Shown piece after piece: positions 39,101-51,095 of a stretch of 64,000 bases of DNA. The number at the start of each line of letters is the position of its first letter. Within the stretch, counting starts at the first letter, position 1. Made by a program: the position numbers and the translations under genes. The notes under the pieces are model-generated. The model saw only the letters and a list, made by a program, of their open reading frames with translations. It did no database searches and was not told the origin of the DNA. Origin of the DNA: Phoronis australis (taxonomy: Eukaryota > Animalia > Phoronida); contig NMRA01000165.1 of assembly GCA_002633005.1 (NCBI GenBank), positions 719,766 to 783,765 on the forward strand, written 5' to 3'.

Positions 39101-42100
39101 AGACCGAGCTCCTCGTCGACCTACGGGAGGCCATACTGCAGATAGCCCGACACTTCCAGTCAGTCGACCCAAAAAATATGAAAATAGTGAGTGACCTTTC
39201 AACTTTCAACTAATGTGTGTTTTGTTTTATTATCATTCAGTGATGACAATAAGCAAAGAGAGTACTGAAAGTGCAAAAGGGCGTTACATCTGAGCTAGTA
39301 ATTTTTTATGTGTAAGCTGACAGCTCGTGTTTAATTCTGCTAAACTTGTCGGCGTAACGTGGTTTTTCGTGCTGGTTTGCCGGTCTTCATAGAAATAGGC
39401 GTCAGCCCTACCAAGTTCAAGCAGAAATCTAAACGAAGGTTTTCAGTATTTTGATTAACCACTACGTACGTCTAGTAGTTGCGCAATTGACTCGAAGTGT
39501 GCTTCAAAGCCGACAAATTTGACTACTTGTAGACTGAGATAGCGTCCTCTATTAAAGTTGTTTACCTTAATTCTGTAAACATCCAGGTGCAGTACTTCTC
39601 CATTTGTTTTGCACAAAAATAATTGTCGTAATTGTAGTTTTCCACTTTCCAAAGGCCGCTTATTTTGTTAATTATGCAAATCTTACTAAATGTTGTTTTA
39701 TGGCATCTACACAGTGCATACTATGCTAGCAATAAACTTTTTTATTTTTGTTGAGAAATTTGATAAAATAGAATTTCTCTTGTCGGCCCTATGAATAAGT
39801 GAAAAGTTACTGTAGAGTGCATCGTATGTCTTGAAGTAGTTGCTTTAGAATATTCTACATCCACTCATCCTCAGAGAGCCACTTCATGGGTGTATCGCAT
39901 GTACTTTTAGAATCTCCAAGCAGACTACTCGATGGAAAGTCATTCTATGGACCTGGAGAATTATGTGAACGTAGCCAGAACACGGAGGCGGCGGGCTAAG
40001 GCCCTGCTCGACTTTGAACGACATGATGATGATGAACTGGGCTTCAGAAAGAACGATATCATCACGGTAGGCATTACAGGATAATACCAGAACATGTAAA
40101 GTTTAACGCTAAACAACTGTTATGTAATAGCTGCGTTTTATGTCTTGTTAGTGATCTAATATGGGTAATAGTCAGTTATAACGTTATCGTATTTTGAGAA
40201 CCAGTTTGATGCCTGTTATTCAGTGGAGAAAACTGGTTCTCAAAATTCGCCCTGTTATATCCGAACACTACCCTAGTTTGGCCGTTATTTTTGCGATAAA
40301 TTTAAGTACACTCTGATAATTTTGGAACTTTTCCAAATTTACAGATAATTTAGTTATCCGTTAATTAAAATGACTTGAAATAAATCGGAGACATAACATT
40401 CAAATGAATCCTTTTGATATCTGAATAGAGTGAGAGAGCATGTTCACCAGCTTGATGACATTGTCAGAACACGGGTCGTGTAGAATTACATGAATGCAAA
40501 TATTTATACAAGTGGGTCATTACTTCACCAGCGCCACTTAATGACTTTCTACCTGTGATGCAGATAATCTCTCAGAAGGATGAGCACTGTTGGGTTGGTG
40601 AGCTGAATGGTCTGCGGGGCTGGTTCCCCGCCAAGTTTGTGGAGCTGTTAGACGAGAGGAGTAAAGACTACTCGTGTGCTGGCGACGACAGCGTCACAGA
40701 GAATGTCACCGACCTGGTGCGCGGAGTGTAAGTTGTTCGATGTTGCAAGCCAAGTTCATTGACTGACATAGTTTGTGTTCGAGTTCCAGCACTTCGATGT
40801 CATCATGGTGTAGAGTGAGTGAGGAGATCGTGACATAAGGCTTATAACTTAATTGTTGTGAACAAGCTTCATCTGTGGCGAAGTAGTCAAAGTGTCGTCT
40901 TAAAGTTATGTACTTAGGACCTTATCGACAAGTCTGTGTCTTTAGCCATATGTCAAGAAATCTGTAGATTGTAGAATTTGATATTTAACTTCATGACAAT
41001 TTCCCATTAATTCAGTCAAGTGATCACGTAATGAAATTTAGCGAGAAAAAATCAAATATTAAGGTACTGCATTAATCTCAAAACACTGGGAACAGTAGCT
41101 AACTTACCCGTCAATCCACCTTCATTATCAGTCTTGTGGGAAGACTACTTGGATGATGAATTTGGCTTCCAGGTCATCTTAGTCTGAATATTTCGTCTTG
41201 CTCTGTACATTTATCCTGTTTTACCTCTGTACTTCAGGTTGTGTCCTGCTCTGAAGAACATATTTGAACATGGTCTAAAGAAACCCAAGTTACTTGGCAG
41301 TACTGTTCACCCGTGGCTCTTCATGGAGGAGGTAGGCTTGTTAGACAATTTAGCTTTTAATCTTTCAATTAAGCTTGTAGCGGTAATGTAGACTCGGTTC
41401 CTGCATTTTACGACACGTGTTCTTTAGAAATCTTTCTCCTTGTAACGGTGCGTCTCTCCCGTTTCTGCAGGAAGACTCCTTTTTGTAGTTCATCACTGCC
41501 AAACATTCCGTTCTGAAGACTTTCCACAAATCTCGCTAGCTCATTTCCATGCAACCAATTATGACCGATTTTAGCCTGGTAGATGATGGTTTCAGTATGC
41601 TTGAAGTGTTGTATTTACATTTACTGACTTTTAAATCTTAACAAGGGTTCACAACAATGAGTGACTCGATACTCATGAAGTGGTGCTCAGGAATAAAAGT
41701 CCTTCTTTTCAACTTTTGAATTCATTGAGAGCAGAAGGTAATTCACCAGCATGAGAGCGTTCATGTGATAAGGGACCCACATGACTTGCCCAAATGCTGA
41801 CATTTCTATGGTAAGGTCCCTTGCTTCACTTGTGACACCCGGTGAATTTCGAGTTCCTCAGTTAGACATTGACTATGGTGACTGTTGATTGAGCTTGTGT
41901 CCTTAATTTGGAGGTTGACTACTTTGATGTGCCGAGGACGATAATTGATTCTCTCTCCACTCAGGCTGCCATCAAAGAAGTAGAGAAGGACTTCCAGTCA
42001 GTGTATTCAAGATTGGTGCTGTGCAAGACCTATAGGTAAATGAGATTATGACACTGACATCAACCAGTGTTATGTCAAGTTTCACACAAAGCTATTTGAT

Positions 42101-43334
42101 CATAATAGATCGTCCCAGGTAGCCGGCACGCCCACTCGGGTCGGTCAAATTTTCTGAGCAAATCACAGGTGTTTGTGTGGTAGATGACATGCGATTTCAC
42201 ACTCTGTCTTGTACACGTTAGTTTCTTAATGAAACAAGGTTCTCATTATCAGAACAATAGCCCAAACAGTGTGAGTGGGTAAAATCATATCACTGTTAAG
42301 AGCATGCCTAGTTCATAGTCCATGAAGTCTCTGAGTTTGCATGACAACCATTTCGTCTCATGACCAGAGCTAAAGGTGTTGTAACAGGCTTTGTTCAAGA
42401 TAAATTTAGATCCAGATAACTCTTGATTTTGTTCCTTTGTGATCACAAAACATTAAATTTGCAATAGAACCAGTGTGGTTGTCTCTAATTATTCTTGACC
42501 ACAATTGTGAAATGTCTAAAAGGAATGCCATCAATGTTAATTTATAGTAATTGCCAGTTTCCCATCATTAATACTCTCAGTTCCTTTTTAGGCTCTCTTT
42601 TTTTCCCTCATGTTTTCTTGACTTAATATTTTAGGCTTGATGAAGATGGGAAAGTGTTGACTCCTGAGGAAATTCTGTACAGGGTATGTTATATCAGATT
42701 GGGTTTTAGATGCCTTGTTTTTTAAATGAGGCATTGTTTAACAACAGAGAAGTTTTGTGCTTCTTTTGGCCATCATAACTGTTTTCAATGTCTCCAGATT
42801 TGTAGTTCATAATAGTGTAACAGTGCACACTTGTTTGAAGGTGTCTCTAGTTGTTTGTTGAGACCAGGGGTGTGCTCTTCAGATGCAAGAAACTTGCATA
42901 AATGCAAGACCATGCAATATCATGCGAGTGAAAAGCAGGTGTTTCGCAAATATGCTCGGGAGCTTAGTAGCATACCCTGGCAAAGTGGCGACCTCTGTAG
43001 TGATTGGTTGGTAAGGTTGGACTGTTGGGTTATGTGATACAATTCAATGTTTTCACTCCATAAGCAAACATTTCTTGTCGTAAGTGCTTTGCGAGTGTAT
43101 CGGGTCTTCGGAATGTACCATTGGCTGTTTTGGACTTAGGAAACAACCAGTTGGCAACAGTAGTATCAAGTCAATGACATGGTTGGTTGTTTCTTTCAGG
43201 CGGTTCAGTCGGTGAACGTGAGTCACAACGCTGCTCATGCCCAGATGGACGTCAAGTTTCGCTCGCTCATGTGCTGTGGGCTAAAGTGAGTCGTTAGTGC
43301 TAAGAGTGATGTTAAGAAAATTTATATGTATATG

Positions 43335-43387
<53 letters not shown>

Positions 43388-46300
43388 CACCTTGTCACTG
43401 TCTAGCTACTTACCAAACAAGTTAAAATAAGTAAGTTTTAGCACGTTATTGATGAGATGAGCTGAGCATCTGAGTTTTAAGTTATTATCCAAATGAAGGA
43501 CATTCCATGTCATTGTTCTCCAGTCTGGATTAAAAACTATCTGACTACTTACTTCACACTAGTTGTTTTTTGATAAATTATTCATTTGGTTTAAGCTTAT
43601 TTGGACTGCAGTTGGTTTCATGATTGTAAAATTGTTCAAAAACATTCTAAACAACTTTTATGAAAAATGGTGTGAAGACATCTCAAAAAGCACTTTTTTC
43701 CTTTTGTTGCCACACACACTATGTAAAAAATCCTCGTGTTCACAAATTGCCCCCCATCTTACCCCTCATGTCTGCGACTTTCTTCCAGTGAGCAGGTGCT
43801 TCACCTTTGGCTAGAGACCCTGTGCTCTTGCTGTGAGGTGGTAGAGAAGTGGTACCACCCCTGGGCCTACATGAGGAGTCCTGGTTGGGTACAGATCAAG
43901 TGTGAACTCAGGTACGTGCAGCTGGCCCGTGTGCTGTGGCGGTAGGGTAGCCGGTGACGGGCTTTGTTGGTGGGAATGATGGGGTGGGTATCCGTGAGGC
44001 AGCATTGACTTTTTTGTGGAACCCGTTAGCTCTTGCCCAGGTCTCTTGCCAGTGGCATGGTTTTGATTCTATAAAACGTGGTTTTGTGACAAAGACACGC
44101 ATGCTTAAGGCCATTTGTATGGAAATCAAAATTCTACTCTTAATATTGACCAATAGGTGTCACCGCTATCATCTCGCCTAGTGCCATTTCTTTGCAAAAG
44201 TCTACACCTGCCTTTAAGTTAACTGACAAATACATTACCTACTTTGATTGTGAAAAATTCTTAGCATTGCATAAACATGCAGTCTCTGTCTTCCTTTTAA
44301 GTTTTGAGTTGTGCTCTTTCTATTGTGTATATATGTTAGTTGTCTGATTGGTGTGTTCAGTTACTGTTGTTTGAATGTTGGTGCCTCTGTTGGTTAATTG
44401 GTGTTGACGTTATATTTTTATACTTTGACATCTCTGTATTAGTGATTATTTAGACCGCAATCCTAAGATGATGTTTTTTCCGAGACATCATATGACCGAC
44501 GAGTTAGTTTTGAGTTGCCTAAAGTTAGTACCTCACCAGTTTAGTGTTTTCACCAACTGTTGTGAAGGAGGGAGCTCACTGCTGTACTCTGAAGGACTCT
44601 AGCTTGCAATCAACACACACCTGGGCGCATGCTGTAGGTTCTTCTGGGTTTTGACTTGAATGTGTCTTTGTGTGCGTGTGTATATGAATGTCAGCCAGTC
44701 GGATATTGTGTTAAGTTTAGTTATGACATTGATGGTGGTGATGGCGACGATGATGACGACGACGACAACAATGATGATATTAAAACACTTCATGACTTGA
44801 ATCAATTTCCTGCGGCATCATTTTAGACCATTATGCAAGTTGTTTTTCAATCTGAACCTGAAGAGCGAGCTTCTAAACTCTGGCTCTAAGCAGCGCCATC
44901 TGCAGGACGCGTTCTTGGAGGATGTCTGCGACATGCTGGTCAAACACCAGCTGTTCAGTTGGGACATTATGGACAAGGGGAAATCCTTCAGCTACTGAAA
45001 GGTTTGCGTCACTGTCAGGAGTGCATGTGCCAAGATAGGACCCCAAATTTCAAATTTGTTCTCTCAATGGCAGTTGGGTTTGCACCTGTTTTGTTATCTA
45101 TTCTCTATGGGGAATGAGTTCGACCAGTTCAGTATCAAACTTCGCTGCAGTACTTAATCTAGTTTGAAAGCAGTAGGGTGCAAATCCTTTAACTGATAAT
45201 TGCTTTGAATGCCGGTTTTGGTTCTGAATGCTCAACCATGACATTTTTCTTACTTAGCTGATGTATGTCACAACTGTGATTCAGAAGTGAACATTGCACC
45301 CAACTCCCATGCCTATTTGTTAGAGCACGCTCCCATAACAAGTTTACTTCAATAACTGTGCAATTTCTACTTTCAGGGACACTTCTCTCTTTGTAGTGTA
45401 GGTTGCTACGTTTAACATTTTCTAACAGCTTATTAACTCTGTCTCCCAGTGGGTATGGATCATCAAATTCAAATGTTCTGCTGAAGTCCCGCATGTATGT
45501 TTTAATTAGCATCAGGCGAGCGTTTACACATCTTGGGTTTCTGTGATTTCAAAGGGCTGAAACGTAATGGAGACTCTGTGCAGTTGGACTAACAACGAAG
45601 TACCATCCATTCTCAGTTGTGTGAGCCTTTGTCGTTCAGTCACTGTCAAGTAACTCTTAGTTTTGACATGTTTTAAAGTTTAAAATGGTTCAGTAAAACA
45701 TCACTTGTGACTACACTTGTGATGTGCGAACCAGTCTTAGCATTAATTCAGGTCATTTCTTCGTTTCATGTGATGTCAGTTTTGTATGAAACGGTAAAGC
45801 CAGTTGGTCTGAATGTTGTGCGTGTTCATTTCTATAGTTAGTAGTTGACATAGGACCACCTATCAAGCTCATTCTAGGGACCATCTGGACAAAAATTAAA
45901 CTTACGTAATGTGACACTTGTGTGTCAGTTTACTCCACCTCTTCAAGATAGTGCAGCCTGCCTCTGATTTACTTGCCTTGATGACAACTTCAACTATCTG
46001 TGTGGACAGAAACTGTGTCGATTGGCTGTCTGAACACAGTTTGTTAGTGTCCGACTCGTGTGTTGTTAGCATCCACTGGCATAGTCACAGGAGGGCACAA
46101 TGGGTCCATGGTCCCACTGTTTATTGCAAAACAGCCCCCCTCCAGTCAAAACTCGGTATGATTTTGCATTTGTGTCACACTGTTCTTTGCAAAGTGCCCC
46201 CTGGTGGCCAACAATTTTGTGTTTGCCCTGTCCTGTTGAATACTTTTGGCTGTGCCAGTGTTGGCATCTGTCTGAAAGGAATTTCTCCACAGTTCGCTAC

Positions 46301-48526
46301 TTGAATGAGTGAGAATGTGCGTTTTATAAGAATCAGTGTGAGCGATACTTTTGTCGTTTCTGTGATCACGTTTGCATTAGAATCAAGCGGGATAGAATAA
46401 TTAAGTCTTGCTGGAAGAGAAATTCAACCAAGAAATCTGTGTCAAATATTAGTTTTGATGTGACATAAAGTTCATTCCGAATGTTACAGGAAAATATGGT
46501 TGTTGCCATTGCCTATATATGTATATAAATTGTGCGACTGCTTCAGTGATTAGTCTAAATGTTGGTCTCTGTCATTTCTTGAACTTTTTCTGTTAACTCA
46601 GTCCTGTGCTTTCAGGATTCTCAGTCAATTCTCGTTTCGTCTCTCCCTTGACTGGGAGTTGCCCAAAAAGGACGCGTCTCGGGCCCTTCAGGACTCTGTC
46701 AAAGACTTGCTGGTCAAGCACCATTTGTTCAGTTGGGACAGCTGAGGTTAATTGCCTGCTGTGTGCGTGTGCGTGTGTGTGTTTGTTGAGATATCTTCAT
46801 GGGCACCGTGATGCTGATTGTGGATTGGCGCGTTTGCTGAGCCGTCCGACACTGCTTATCAATTTCTGACTACTCATTTGCAGATTTAGTTGGTTTGCTG
46901 CGCACGTGTTCTGATGCTCGTTGAAACATTCATGCGCTTCTTCAGTTTGCGGAGATTGGACGTTCTCCATTTTGTTGTTGTTAACGGTGACTGATGTATG
47001 TAGAGTTTTAACGTAGAATGAAACTTTAAATTTCCAAAAAATTTCTGAGACTAATTTCAATTGATAATGGCTCACTCAAAAGATGGGTGTTCACATAACT
47101 TATCCGTTGAGAGTCGTCTAGTTTTAGGCAACAGTGGTGAAAAATGGTAATGTCTTTGTTGAATATTGGTGATTTCATGAAGTTTTAAGTGTGCAGTCTG
47201 AACGTTGCTCATTATATGTTTCAACATACTGATTATTTTCATCATTTTGACACAACTTTAAAATGTCTTGTCATTTTCTTTCTGTCACTAGTTAGAAATA
47301 GTGTAAAATCTTGCCAATTTCAGAAAAAAATATCGTAAAACTGACCTATTTTCTTTTTACAAAGGCTTTTAACATTGTTATGAATGCCCACAAATTTTAT
47401 AACCATTGTCTAGTGGTAGCTATGGCATACAACTTAAGAGCAATAAGGCATTTGTTTAGTGTAACTTGCTTTTTATAGAAAATAGAATTTCACTTGTTAG
47501 TCATACTGTGTCCTCAATTTGTGAGATTGTGCAGTCGCTTGGTGAATACCAGCTCTTGAATTTGACTCTTCTCACGGTTCAGTCAGGGGGTGTTTCGCAG
47601 ATGCAAGAAACACGCCTAAAACCAAATCACGCAAGAGCAGATAAAATCACAAAAGTGAAAGGCACGAGTAAGCTCGGACCTTGGGCTCCCTAGCAAAATG
47701 GCTGCCACTAATGTGATTGGTCGGTGAGGTTGGACGTTGAATCATGGGATAGAATTCACTGTCTCCATTCCATGTGCAAAGATTTCTCGTTGCAATCCCT
47801 TTGCGAGTGTCTGGGATCTACGGAACACAGCCTAGATGATAGATCGAAGACTAATGCTGAGAGGGCAGTGTTGGGACTTACACGTGTCGATGGACTTTTA
47901 TCATGGACACACTTAACACTTAATGCAGTATCATCATCATCTCACTGCTTTTCTATTGTTTGCTATTGTATGTGTTTCCACTGCCAACTTCCACTAACCA
48001 TAATAACGTTTATGTGTGTGTTCTATATTAACAGGGCAAACTTCATACTAACATACTTGATATACCAAATCTGAGTTAATCAATTGTTTATTGCACTAGT
48101 ATGTTTTGTGTACCGGTAACTACCTTGATGTTAACGATAATTTTTCACCTTGCTAAATGTCGTAATGTAACATACGGTTGGTAAATTTTAAATTGTTTTT
48201 GCAGAAAATCTGAAAAATTCATTCACAAAATTTGATTTTCTCTTGTTGTCTCATCATTCTCTATGGCCTTCATAAGTAGCATTTCATCAGCAAATACAGT
48301 TTTGCTTGGCAAGACTTCTGAGAATGCCTAAACATCGGCGTTCACTTTCATCTACGTTCTAAGCCTAAAACGTGTTGCCCTCTGTTGCAGAATCCTGTCA
48401 CAGTTCGCTTTCAACCTGTCGCAAGACTGGGAGATCCCCTCTATCAAGGACAAAACGAGCCAACCCCTGAAAGACGGAGTTCGTGACATGCTGGTTAAAC
48501 ATCATTTGTTTAGTTGGGATATATAA
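21102..48526 (+). CDS. SGSM3: Small G protein signaling modulator 3 (TBC/RabGAP + SH3 + RUN domains), about 801 aa using the distal terminal exon
   Basis: In-frame GT-AG exons: 21102-21171 (tentative start, [11 protein letters not shown]...), 24597-24766 ([14 protein letters not shown]), 31562-31628 ([13 protein letters not shown]), 32615-32745, 32958-33152 (GIPHSLR...KQIEK), 33947-34081 (DLLRT...YCQGTGM), 34474-34669, 34991-35136 (these three are duplicated at 35614-35748, 36141-36336 and 36700-36845), 37478-37573, 38141-38272, 38998-39186, 39911-40066 (SH3, [24 protein letters not shown]), 40564-40727 ([21 protein letters not shown]), 41238-41331 (RUN, FEHGLK), 41965-42035, 42635-42683, 43200-43285, 43789-43911 ([13 protein letters not shown]) and 48391-48526 ([13 protein letters not shown]). 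Confidence 0.95.
21204..21981. repeat. Three related ~100-130-bp segments (two direct, one inverted) sharing a GGCATAATT end and a small hairpin
   Basis: 21204-21314 and 21883-21981 share gtcgcactcc...accgtctc...acgcYggaagcttttcRgcRaattatgcc. 21758-21825 is the reverse-complement version (ggcataattagctgaaatgcttctgg...aagctccta...agagacg). Confidence 0.7.
21464..21529. repeat. Perfect 33-bp tandem duplication in SGSM3 intron 1
   Basis: actttttctttgagctcgtcttcgttcagttgc occurs twice in tandem. Confidence 0.9.
27174..27304. mobile_element. Small palindromic MITE-like element (TA-flanked, Tc1/mariner-like) in SGSM3 intron 2
   Basis: gtggtttctctaatagttcgtacac is inverted against gtgtacgaactattagagaaaatac. 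There is also an internal palindrome, aatagttcatacactagtgtacgaactatt. Confidence 0.6.
29674..29845. mobile_element. Harbinger-like MITE remnant in SGSM3 intron 2
   Basis: Inverted ends ggcccagtttacac ... gtgtaaacgggct, with TAA on the left flank. Confidence 0.5.
33918..37262 (+). repeat. 1.67-kb tandem duplication containing three SGSM3 TBC-domain exons, joined at an N gap (probably two haplotypes assembled in tandem)
   Basis: Copy 1 is 33918-35583, the N is at 35584 and copy 2 is 35585-37262. The first ~540 bp are identical; after that come SNPs and intronic indels. All coding differences I could see are synonymous. Confidence 0.92.
38336..38378. repeat. 18-bp tandem repeat (about 2.4 copies)
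   Basis: tgggtttatggtgtacat occurs twice plus a partial copy. Confidence 0.8.
42866..43119. mobile_element. Old dispersed repeat (~250 bp), copy 1, in an SGSM3 intron
   Basis: It shares the blocks ggggtgt...cagatgcaagaaac, gtgattgg..ggt.aggttggac, aattca.tgt and ctttgcgagtgt...cggaa, in the same order, with 47585-47832. Confidence 0.65.
43322..43386. repeat. (TATATG)n/(TA)n microsatellite
   Basis: Directly visible TA-dinucleotide run preceded by tatatg units. Confidence 0.95.
44827..44998 (+). CDS. SGSM3: SGSM3 alternative terminal exon A (proximal, most diverged)
   Basis: The acceptor catcattttag|A matches the phase-2 donor at 43911. It translates R|[56 protein letters not shown]. Confidence 0.75.
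46616..46745 (+). CDS. SGSM3: SGSM3 alternative terminal exon B (middle)
   Basis: Acceptor gtgctttcag|G, phase 2. It translates R|[42 protein letters not shown]. Confidence 0.85.
47585..47832. mobile_element. Old dispersed repeat (~250 bp), copy 2, between SGSM3 terminal exons B and C
   Basis: Homologous to 42866-43119. Its ends gggtgttt...gaacacagcc are weakly inverted. Confidence 0.65.
48391..48526 (+). CDS. SGSM3: SGSM3 terminal exon C (distal, closest to the canonical SGSM3 C-terminus)
   Basis: Acceptor tctgttgcag|A, phase 2. It translates R|[44 protein letters not shown]. Confidence 0.93.
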
Positions 48527-51041
48527 GCAATTGAGCTCCACAGCAGTGACCAATAAGGGTCTGAATTTACCGTACCATCACAAAGGGTCTTTGCTGTAAC
48601 TAGTTGCCTTCTTGGTTAAGATGTGGTTTTGCTAGAGAACTGCGCAGTGATTTAATCTTTGACTCTTCCTAACGCCTGCATTTTACAATCTCTGAATGTT
48701 AAAGTTTGATTGAAAAGATGAATCTCTGAAACGTTCAAAGAAAGTCATATGTAAATTAATGCTAGTGGTCGCTTGTAGCAGTCTTGTCAATATGGCGACT
48801 GTACAGTAGCCTACAGAGTCTACTGCTGTGTAATTAACTCTGCGCTGAGACCAAAGTAAGCAGTTGCCTCTCTGACCTCCGTGTGTCAGTCTGGCAGAGC
48901 TCTAATTTGGTTGGGAAAACTTTGTGCCGAAAGTCCCTGCAGAATTGAAGAAATGTGACACATTGTAGTTGAGTAATGTATTTTGTTTCCATAGAGAACG
49001 AGGATCTATACCATTTCCATTAAAGTGCGAATCCTTGGGTTTGTGTAGTTTTGAGGGGTAAAAGTGTACTGTGACTGAATAGCCCTATACTTTTTGTTAT
49101 TCATGGTGACGTAAGTTCTGTAATTGTCCAAAGTGCTCGTGACTGCTGAATCGCCTGCCTCGCAATCAGAATCTCAGTTCTTGCAATCTAGCATGCGGCA
49201 ATACGTAAGTGTGTGTGTGCACTGCCAACTTTGCACCTGTTTCAGCTTAACCGTGGCTGTTTCAAAAGCGTGGCAAATTTGAACTTTGGTGAAAGGGTCA
49301 CACCTCTACTCCAATCTGTTCATGACAAGTATCACTTTAAAATGTTGGCCGTTGTGAGCACTGTTAGATCCATGTCTGACTATCAACGAATCAAACGGTT
49401 CTTTTTGGACGTTGTAGGATCTGTAGAACCCGATTTCTGCACGGACATCAAACTGGTTCTCAAAATGCGTGTAGTGTGTAAAATGTGCACTGATGAATTA
49501 ATCACAGTCACTGAGATTATGTTGAATGATACAGCGCTAGGGGCTTGGTAGTTATTGTTGTCATTGTCACGGTTTGTTTTGTTCAAGTATTGTTGACAAA
49601 CACTGCGGACCATTGAGGTCTGCTGATGTGCCACATGAAAGGTCCAATGTCTTCGACAGACCGAGATAAGCTTACATGTGTATTTCGGTAGACTTATTAT
49701 TATCACTATTGTATAAAATGCAAAATTTTCATGGGACCCATTGTTGTTACCTGTATTCATTATGGAGAACTCACCTTTCACAGGAGGTACTATCTGAAAA
49801 GCAAATCAGTCTAATGGAATTGGGATCATTAAATTAATAGAATTTATTTTATTACCGTTCTAATGATAGTGTAGCTTGTCTATGATTCCTCAACACTGCC
49901 TTTGCTGCAGCTGTCTAAATTTAAAGTTTTTTTGAAAAGCATTAAATGTGAACTGATGTGATGTATAGTTGAATGAACGTTTCATATGAAAAAGCTGAAA
50001 AAGATTATTCATCAGCTAATTTAGGTAGGCATCTGGCTAAAAGGATATTCCACTAATTTAAAATCATGAATATTTATTTTTCAATTGATGTTTTTCACTT
50101 GAAATTTAATTGTTCATGTGTCGGTTTTGAATATTTGGTAAATATCTCTGATTGTGGAGAGTATGTCTTTGTATATAATAGTGTATGTATGTATGTATTG
50201 TAATTTCTTTTTCGTTAATAAGGTGCAATATTAAAACTTAATTGAGTGTTGTCACTTTGGTTAGTTCCTCATTGCTAGGAACTTAGTGTGTCTGGCATTT
50301 TCACTTTCGTTTATCAGGTTTGACTGAATCTAACATCGGAGTTTCATGTATACTTCACTCTTGTGGAAATTTGGTGATTAAAATGTCACGGTGATCAAAA
50401 TATTTATTTTCCATCACCTTAAATCCCCTCGTTGTACAAAAGAGGTCCTCCAACAGATGTCATGGTGGTTGAATCATTTATCAGAAAATCGTGTACATTG
50501 TAGGTCTTGTTACAATATTTTTGATTCATGAAAATAAAATTCTTGCTGTGTTATAACATTCCACAAATGAATCTTCATTTTAGTCGCTTTTTCTGCCTTT
50601 TAGATTAAGTTTTTACACAATTTTAGTGTTTGGTGGTATGGATCTGAACTTATACTAGATTTAAATTTTGATTTATCTTAATTTTTGTAGAATCTGGTTA
50701 AATTACGTCATCTATCTTGTGTCATTGGGAGATCCATTTTTAACATTGGAATTTCGTTGAGATTGTGTTCAGGAGTCTGGTCTAGCTGGGATCAATGTGC
50801 TGTGACGTTTTAAGCATGTCCACCAGGTGTCACAGTAGTCGACGTAGACTTCTGGTGTGACACTATTCATCTCTACTTAAAAATGTCATTAATCAAAGTT
50901 TGAGACAGTGAGATTGGTTAGTGCAAATTACACTGTAGGCTTTATATTATGATGTTCTGACAACTATTGTATTATAAAGAAATTGTGCTTAGGAACACAT
51001 TTAAATTCATTCCTCAAAGGTGACATTTTTGTAAATCATGC

Positions 51042-51095
51042 AATAAAGCATTTCATGTTTCAACTTCACTGATGTGTTCGTTTTTTCTGTTGCAT
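51042..51095 (+). terminator. Probable distal SGSM3 polyadenylation site (implies a ~2.5-kb 3'UTR after exon C)
   Basis: AATAAA at 51042 is followed by the GT/T-rich tgtgttcgttttttctgttg. A second AATAAA lies near 50533. Confidence 0.45.

Noticed and set aside
44708-47940. gtgttaagt/acttaacac and gatggtggtgat/atcatcatcatc long-range pairings
   Set aside because: The two helices are not nested consistently and one is low-complexity, so they are probably chance.
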